Below, piece after piece: positions 58,690 through 64,000 of a stretch of 64,000 nucleotides of DNA. Numbering within the stretch: the first letter of the stretch is position 1; every line of letters begins with the position of its first letter. Below the pieces are notes generated by a model that was given only the letters and a program-made list of their open reading frames with translations, had not been told where the DNA came from and searched no databases. Source of the stretch: an uncultured bacterium (lineage in GTDB: Bacteria > Zixibacteria > MSB-5A5 > GN15 > FEB-12); NCBI GenBank assembly GCA_965372795.1, contig CBDVDR010000015.1, positions 21,898 through 85,897 on the forward strand, written 5' to 3'. The translations under genes were made by a program, and so were the position numbers.

Positions 58690-59379
58690 ATGAATATATT
58701 ATATATAGCTATGTTTCTACTGATAATCCCTATGACATCTCTTTGGGGCAAAGTGGAAACTACTGATTCAACCAATCAATTTATCTATTTGACCATAGAA
58801 TCCGGTACAACAGAAACTGTGATGTTCACTGATACCCTTGAAGTATTATTAAAATCCGACTTTCCAATCGGTGGTTTTGATTTCAAAATTGGTTCTTTTT
58901 CAGAAGGTTTTATTATTACAGAAATACTGCCCGGAAAGTTAATAGATTCCTGTGAGTGGGAGTATTTTTACCCTCGAAAAATATCAATAAATGATTTTCC
59001 GAAACTGAATAGTGCCTTCCAAATTGTTGCCCTTCCGGAAATGATTGCAGATTCGGTTCATCCTGTCTGTTACAATTTTGACCGGGAAGTTTCGGTATTC
59101 AAAATTGTAATATCCAATAGTAACAGTATTTCACATACATCTACACGGGATAAAAGCTTGATTTCGTTTATTTGGGAAGATTGCGGCGATAACTCTATTT
59201 CGTCGGTTTCAGGAGACACTCTGTCCTTATTCTCAAATTTTGAAAACGAAGATTCAACCGCTGTTCAATCCTTCCCGACCCCATCAGAGGAATGTTTAAA
59301 TAAAGCTACCGGAGACAGGCTCCGGCGGCTAATTAAGTTTAAAAATGGCTATTTTGAATTCAAACTCGAATTTGAATAG
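58690..59379 (+). CDS. Secreted cohesin-like domain protein
   Basis: Signal peptide; IGGFDFKI, CEWEYF, FIWEDCGDNSISS, C-terminal IKFKNGYFEF. Confidence 0.65.
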   Translation: MNILYIAMFLLIIPMTSLWGKVETTDSTNQFIYLTIESGTTETVMFTDTLEVLLKSDFPIGGFDFKIGSFSEGFIITEILPGKLIDSCEWEYFYPRKISINDFPKLNSAFQIVALPEMIADSVHPVCYNFDREVSVFKIVISNSNSISHTSTRDKSLISFIWEDCGDNSISSVSGDTLSLFSNFENEDSTAVQSFPTPSEECLNKATGDRLRRLIKFKNGYFEFKLEFE

Positions 59380-59480
59380 AGGTTTCGCTTCGTAAATATC
59401 TTTTAAAATTTTAACTTAATTATATTCATGAATTAACAAAAAAAAAGATTCCAAAATCAAAAATAATCAGGATAATCCTG

Positions 59481-59535
59481 TTGACAAAAATGGTTAAAAG
59501 GTTAAATTGGCGAAGGTTTGTGAAATTAGGCACTA
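59481..59535 (+). promoter_or_regulatory. sucCD sigma70 promoter with downstream Rex-like site
   Basis: TTGACA-N16-TAAATT, then TTGTGAA-ATTA-GGCACTA at 59518-59535. Confidence 0.5.
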
Positions 59536-59559
59536 ATATGTCTATTATAAGGATACACT

Positions 59560-60756
59560 ATGCGCTTATATGAGTTTGAAGGTAAAGAACTTTTTCAGAA
59601 ATCCGGCTTGCCGGTCTCTGAAAAACGTATTTGTAAAACTCCGGAAGAAGTCTTCAAAGCGGTTGAAGAACTCAATTGTCCGGTTGTTTTAAAAGCCCAG
59701 GTTTTGTGTGGCGGACGTGGTAAAGCCGGCGGGATAAAACTTGCCGAAGGAGCCAATGAAGCTAAAACCATTTCTGAAGAACTTTTCAAATTAGTCATCA
59801 AAGACTATCCCGTTGATTTTGTTTTGGTTGAACCAAAACTTGAAATTGAAAAAGAATTTTATATCGGAGTAACAATCGACCGGGCTAATTATAAATTGGT
59901 CGTGATTGCCTCGGGTGAAGGCGGCGTTGATATTGAAGAGACCGCCGCAAATTCTCCTGATAAGATTGTCAAAAAACCGATGGATATTGGTGATGATTTA
60001 TATACTTTTGATGCTCTTTTGATAGCCAAAAAAATCGGCATCCCGCAGGAGCTGATTAAACAGGGTGCATCTATTATTATTAAATTGTATAACATGTTCA
60101 GAAAATATGATGCCAAATTAGTCGAGATCAACCCGTTGGTTCTTACTAAAGATGGTAATCTTATTTGCGCTGATAGTCGGGTCTCACTTGATGATGATGC
60201 TGTTTTTCGTCATCCTGAACTTAAAGATATGGGAATTGAATTCCGTCATGAAGAAGGAGAGATGACCCCGCGTGAGAAAAAAGCTCAGGATTGGGGAATT
60301 CCTTATCTTGATCTTGATGGTGATATCGGGATGTTTCCCGGTGGTGCCGGATTCGGGATTATGGGTAATGACTTTATCAACTACTTTGGCGGCAAACCGG
60401 CAAACTTTATGGATTCCGGCGGGGGACCTTCTCCTGAACGAATCGCCAAAATGCTGGTGCTTCTTGATGAAAATCCGAAAGTCAAAGTTATTTTCGGTGC
60501 CCGCTTTGGCGGTATCAGTCGATGCGATGATTTTGCAACCGGTGTAATTATGTTTTTGAAAGATCATGGTTTGTCAAAGCCGATGGTTATGCGGATGACT
60601 GGAAACATGTGGCAGGAAGGCGTGCGGATGTTTGAGGAAGCCAAAAAGGCTGATCCGGAAATGTTTAAACATATTGAATCTCATGGTATTGAAACTCCGA
60701 TTGAGGAAATTTCCAAACGGGCGGTGGAACTGGCTAACATGGAAGGTGGTAAATAA
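59560..60756 (+). CDS. sucC: ADP-forming succinate/acyl-CoA ligase beta subunit (divergent)
   Basis: MRLYEFEGKELF, VLKAQV..GGRGKAGG, GGVDIE, LVEINPL, GGKPANFMD.GGG, FGGISRCD. Confidence 0.88.
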   Translation: MRLYEFEGKELFQKSGLPVSEKRICKTPEEVFKAVEELNCPVVLKAQVLCGGRGKAGGIKLAEGANEAKTISEELFKLVIKDYPVDFVLVEPKLEIEKEFYIGVTIDRANYKLVVIASGEGGVDIEETAANSPDKIVKKPMDIGDDLYTFDALLIAKKIGIPQELIKQGASIIIKLYNMFRKYDAKLVEINPLVLTKDGNLICADSRVSLDDDAVFRHPELKDMGIEFRHEEGEMTPREKKAQDWGIPYLDLDGDIGMFPGGAGFGIMGNDFINYFGGKPANFMDSGGGPSPERIAKMLVLLDENPKVKVIFGARFGGISRCDDFATGVIMFLKDHGLSKPMVMRMTGNMWQEGVRMFEEAKKADPEMFKHIESHGIETPIEEISKRAVELANMEGGK

Positions 60757-61622
60757 TGGCTATCCTGTGTGATAAAAATAGTAAAGTTATGGTACAGGGG
60801 ATAACCGGCGGTGCCGGAAAATTCCACACCGAACGGATGCTTACCTTCGGAACAAATATTGTCGGTGGCACCTCTCCCGGTAAAGGCGGTCAGATAATCT
60901 CTGAAAAACCGGTCTTTGATACTGTGGCTGAATGTGTTGATGCTACCGGAGCTGATGTTTCGGCGATTTTCCTTCCGGCTCGCTTTGTAAAAGAAGCTGC
61001 TATTGAAGCTATTCGCGCCGGGGTTAAATTTCTGGTTGTAGTCCCTGAACATATTCCGATTCATGATATGCTTCATGTCCGCCGTGAAGCGGTGGCTCAT
61101 GGTGCGACGGTTATCGGTGGAAATACTGCCGGAGTGATGACACCGGGGGAAGCTAATTTGGGAATTATGCCAGATATCGCTTTTACACCCGGAAGAGTCG
61201 GCACGGTTTCCCGTTCCGGTTCGATCACTTATTATGTGGCAGATACGCTGACCCGAACGGGATACGGCGAGACGACTTGTGTTGGACTTGGCGGTGATCC
61301 GGTTTTGGGCTCAACCTTTGATGAAATTCTCTGGAAATTCGAAGAGGATGAAAAAACCAAAGCGGTGGTGATGTGTGGTGAGATCGGCGGCGTTTATGAA
61401 GAACGGGCTACCAAAGTTATCAGTAAAATGAAAACTCCGGTGTTGGTTATGATCGGTGGAGTGTATGCTCCTCCTGGAAAACGGATGGGTCATGCCGGTG
61501 CAATTGTTGAAGGTAAAATGGGAACAGCAAAAGATAAACTTGAAATGCTTGCCAATGCCGGAGCGCATCCCTGTAAAACATTTTTGGACATTCCTGAGAC
61601 TTTGAAAAAGTTAGGTGTTTAG
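60756..61622 (+). CDS. sucD: ADP-forming succinate/acyl-CoA ligase alpha subunit
   Basis: VQGITG..G.FH, GG.SPGKGG, VSRSG, GLGGDP, GEIGG..E, RMGHAGA phospho-His. Confidence 0.9.
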   Translation: MAILCDKNSKVMVQGITGGAGKFHTERMLTFGTNIVGGTSPGKGGQIISEKPVFDTVAECVDATGADVSAIFLPARFVKEAAIEAIRAGVKFLVVVPEHIPIHDMLHVRREAVAHGATVIGGNTAGVMTPGEANLGIMPDIAFTPGRVGTVSRSGSITYYVADTLTRTGYGETTCVGLGGDPVLGSTFDEILWKFEEDEKTKAVVMCGEIGGVYEERATKVISKMKTPVLVMIGGVYAPPGKRMGHAGAIVEGKMGTAKDKLEMLANAGAHPCKTFLDIPETLKKLGV

Positions 61623-61686
61623 CACCCTTCGGGTGTTTGATACACATTGAATGATTGCACACTTAGTGTGATTATTATTGAAATTG

Positions 61687-61720
61687 AAAAAGGCAGGTCA
61701 TTTACGACCTGCCTTTTTTT
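61687..61720. terminator. Bidirectional terminator
   Basis: AAAAAGGCAGGTC-ATTTAC-GACCTGCCTTTTTTT. Confidence 0.92.
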
Positions 61721-61740
61721 GTGATAACAAATTCGAATCA

Positions 61741-62469
61741 CTATTTCTTATTGAAAAGGTAATCGACCAGTTCGATCACATCAGAAATATCATACAAATC
61801 AATTTGATTGCTTTCATCAGACTGCGAACCGGTTACTAAATTAATCATGTAAGCTAAATCAGAAATATTGGGGCCTTTTCCATCATTGTTTATATCAGCT
61901 ATTGCCTTAGATTCATAGGTTGTATTAGAACCTGTAACGTCTGACAACAGGTTATACTTGCGAGTATTTTTTAAGGTGTACCATAAAGCTAAATTCTGAG
62001 ACAGCTTATCTGTCATGATTGAACGCTCACTCAAAATCTTTGAACCAAAATTCATCATAATATAGTCGGACTTAATAAGCTTTGAACAACTCTTTGCACC
62101 AGAAGTGTTTTGTTCCACGACAAAAATGTTGTAGGATGCATCTGTCGCTTGTCCGGGTTTTTTACTCTTTAAGTAAGTAGAGAATTCACTTTCTGATTGA
62201 ATTGAATTGTCGATTCGGTTTATTTCAAATTCAAAAATTACTCCCCGCAATAAATAATATTTGTTGAGATCACTGATAATGTTCTTGATATTCTCTGAAT
62301 GACCCTGAGAATTATTATTTGCATCAGGAATATGAAATTGCAAATTGATATATAAATTATCATCTTTATTCCCAGCAGTAAGATTTCCTGCTGAAATCAG
62401 AATCATTATTGTGATCAACAACCAAATTAGGGGAGATTGTTTTATATTTAAAGTTTTACGAAAAGTCAT
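61741..62469 (-). CDS. Secreted protein with degenerate M43-like domain and C-terminal dockerin-like domain
   Basis: Signal peptide; ADINNDGKGPNISDLAYMINLV and DISDVIELVDYLF. Confidence 0.7.
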   Translation of the reverse strand: MTFRKTLNIKQSPLIWLLITIMILISAGNLTAGNKDDNLYINLQFHIPDANNNSQGHSENIKNIISDLNKYYLLRGVIFEFEINRIDNSIQSESEFSTYLKSKKPGQATDASYNIFVVEQNTSGAKSCSKLIKSDYIMMNFGSKILSERSIMTDKLSQNLALWYTLKNTRKYNLLSDVTGSNTTYESKAIADINNDGKGPNISDLAYMINLVTGSQSDESNQIDLYDISDVIELVDYLFNKK

Positions 62470-62511
62470 TAATTATTACTCCTAAATATCGGAATTTAAC
62501 AATCAATTTTT

Positions 62512-63642
62512 CTATTTGGTCGCCGACAGGTATGCTTCACCATAGAAATCATATGCTTTCTTATAATTACCGGCAGCAAACTCATTATTCCCTTTTACCA
62601 GTTGGGCTTCAGCAAAAAATACTTTCTGTTCGGCTGCAATCATGTTGGTAATCGTTTCTGCCACAATTTCACGAACCAATTCAAGCTGACCACCAAATGC
62701 TTGGGGCAGTATTAAAGTACCCAGTGGATGTACTTGTTGTCCGTGTCTGGCAAGGTTGTTTTCAATTTTCATGCGAAGGAAAAGTTTATTCTTTTCTATT
62801 ACTTTCTCGATATGAAGCGATAATTTAGCGTGTATCGAATTTGCGATATCGGTATTGCCAACAATATTGAGTAATAGTTCATCGTGCGCTGTATTTATGG
62901 TTTCGATATTGGCAATAATATTAAGTAATATTTCATCGAGAGACAAATTTACGGTTTCGGAATTGGTAGTGAAGTCATCATGTAAATGTCCCAGTCTTAG
63001 ATATGCTGCTGTGACTTCTTCACTCGTAAAATCTACATCTTTCCTTTCCAAAGTAGTCCAAACGAACCTGGCGACAATATAAACAGCATCCGAGACCAGA
63101 CAAACTAGAGAACCATTAGCACCGAATCCGGCAACTACTGCTACCTGGGTACAGCCGCGATCGGCAATCATCTGAACTCCAAGGGCAATGTTCTCTATCT
63201 CCATTGAGGTCATCAATGCGTCTTCACTGGATCGGGTTCCCCAGTGATAGATCGCATTAGGAAATGGATCAGATAGTAACATTGATTTATCACCGGATAA
63301 ATCTTTTAATGACACTACAGTAGGAGGGATGTTTAATAATGCTTCTTCAGTCGTCTGTTGCCATTGATAGAGTTTCGGGAGAGCTTCGGACATCAAGGAA
63401 AGTTCTTCATCGGTGGCTGATGATAGAGCTTCACGAGCATTTGCAAAAAGTTCATCGGCACCCGTTATCCCATGTTGTGTAGCAATCGCTTCGGTGGCAT
63501 CCAAAATATTTTGATAGGCAACCCGTACTTCGGCACCTTGACCAGTAGTTGCGGATGCGTGTCCACCGAAAAGAATACAAAATGTCAGTAAGAGATGCAA
63601 TCCAATGATATGAACCTTTTTTTGTTTATAAAAAGATTTCAT
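62512..63642 (-). CDS. Secreted alpha-helical hypothetical protein
   Basis: Signal peptide, Cys-flanked hydrophobic loop, heptad region, C-terminal YKKAYDFY.EAY; AAGGAG RBS before ATG 63642. Confidence 0.75.
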   Translation of the reverse strand: MKSFYKQKKVHIIGLHLLLTFCILFGGHASATTGQGAEVRVAYQNILDATEAIATQHGITGADELFANAREALSSATDEELSLMSEALPKLYQWQQTTEEALLNIPPTVVSLKDLSGDKSMLLSDPFPNAIYHWGTRSSEDALMTSMEIENIALGVQMIADRGCTQVAVVAGFGANGSLVCLVSDAVYIVARFVWTTLERKDVDFTSEEVTAAYLRLGHLHDDFTTNSETVNLSLDEILLNIIANIETINTAHDELLLNIVGNTDIANSIHAKLSLHIEKVIEKNKLFLRMKIENNLARHGQQVHPLGTLILPQAFGGQLELVREIVAETITNMIAAEQKVFFAEAQLVKGNNEFAAGNYKKAYDFYGEAYLSATK

Positions 63643-64000
63643 ACAGTTACTCCTTTTCTGTTTCATGGTTTACTTTTGTTGTGAATATTTCTATCGATGT
63701 GAATTTCTCTACTAAAAAGATATCTAATATATCCATGATGTCAAGAGAAAAATGTATATGTAAGGCTATGTTTGAAATGACAAATTTGACACCCTTGTAA
63801 AAACACAAGCAAAGTGTGATTGTTTTTGCATATTATTATTTTGCTTTGCTCAAACCAATAAAAAAAGAAGGGTGGTTGTTTGATAACTAAAGTTCTAAAA
63901 AAAATATGATGGTATGAAACAAAAAATAAGAGAACAAAAACATTTTATTATATAGGAGGCAACATCACAGATGTTTCGATAAGCAATAATATAAAAATAT

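Overview
AT-rich bacterial chromosomal window from a diderm (LPS heptose genes, Omp85 and PorV/FadL-like barrels). Cohesin-like and dockerin-like secreted proteins suggest an FCB-group lineage such as Candidatus Zixibacteria; this is inference. 1-10.3 kb is the end of the S10 operon plus the spc and alpha ribosomal operons (rpsQ to rplQ, with secY, adk, map, infA, rpoA, and an rpmJ missed by the ORF track). Housekeeping genes follow: plsY, gpsA, a MerR regulator, tRNA-Pro(GGG), surE, tRNA-Pro(CGG), acyP, apt and tRNA-Arg(CCT). Next is an envelope block with two PorV/FadL-like barrels, a TPR protein, GH57, an M48 peptidase, a sigma54-driven priming sugar transferase, PEGA and FN3 proteins, and an NtrC-type activator. 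About 30.4-34.7 kb is an accessory stretch: orphan sbcD, AT-rich membrane genes, GTAG REP-like hairpins, three degenerate repeat copies of up to about 80 bp, and a 5 x 16-bp mini-palindrome array. Then come an NSS transporter, uppP, a WaaF-GmhB fusion, a radical SAM enzyme, and a coupled operon of metallopeptidase-propeller-Omp85, BamB-like lipoprotein and HEAT protein. The rest is a sigma54 hsp20 with four tandem upstream boxes, xseAB-ispA-dxs-nadK, sdhCAB, two cohesin-like secreted proteins, a divergent sucCD, and a catalytically dead M43-like protease fused to a dockerin-like domain. No CRISPR array, integrase or transposase was found.
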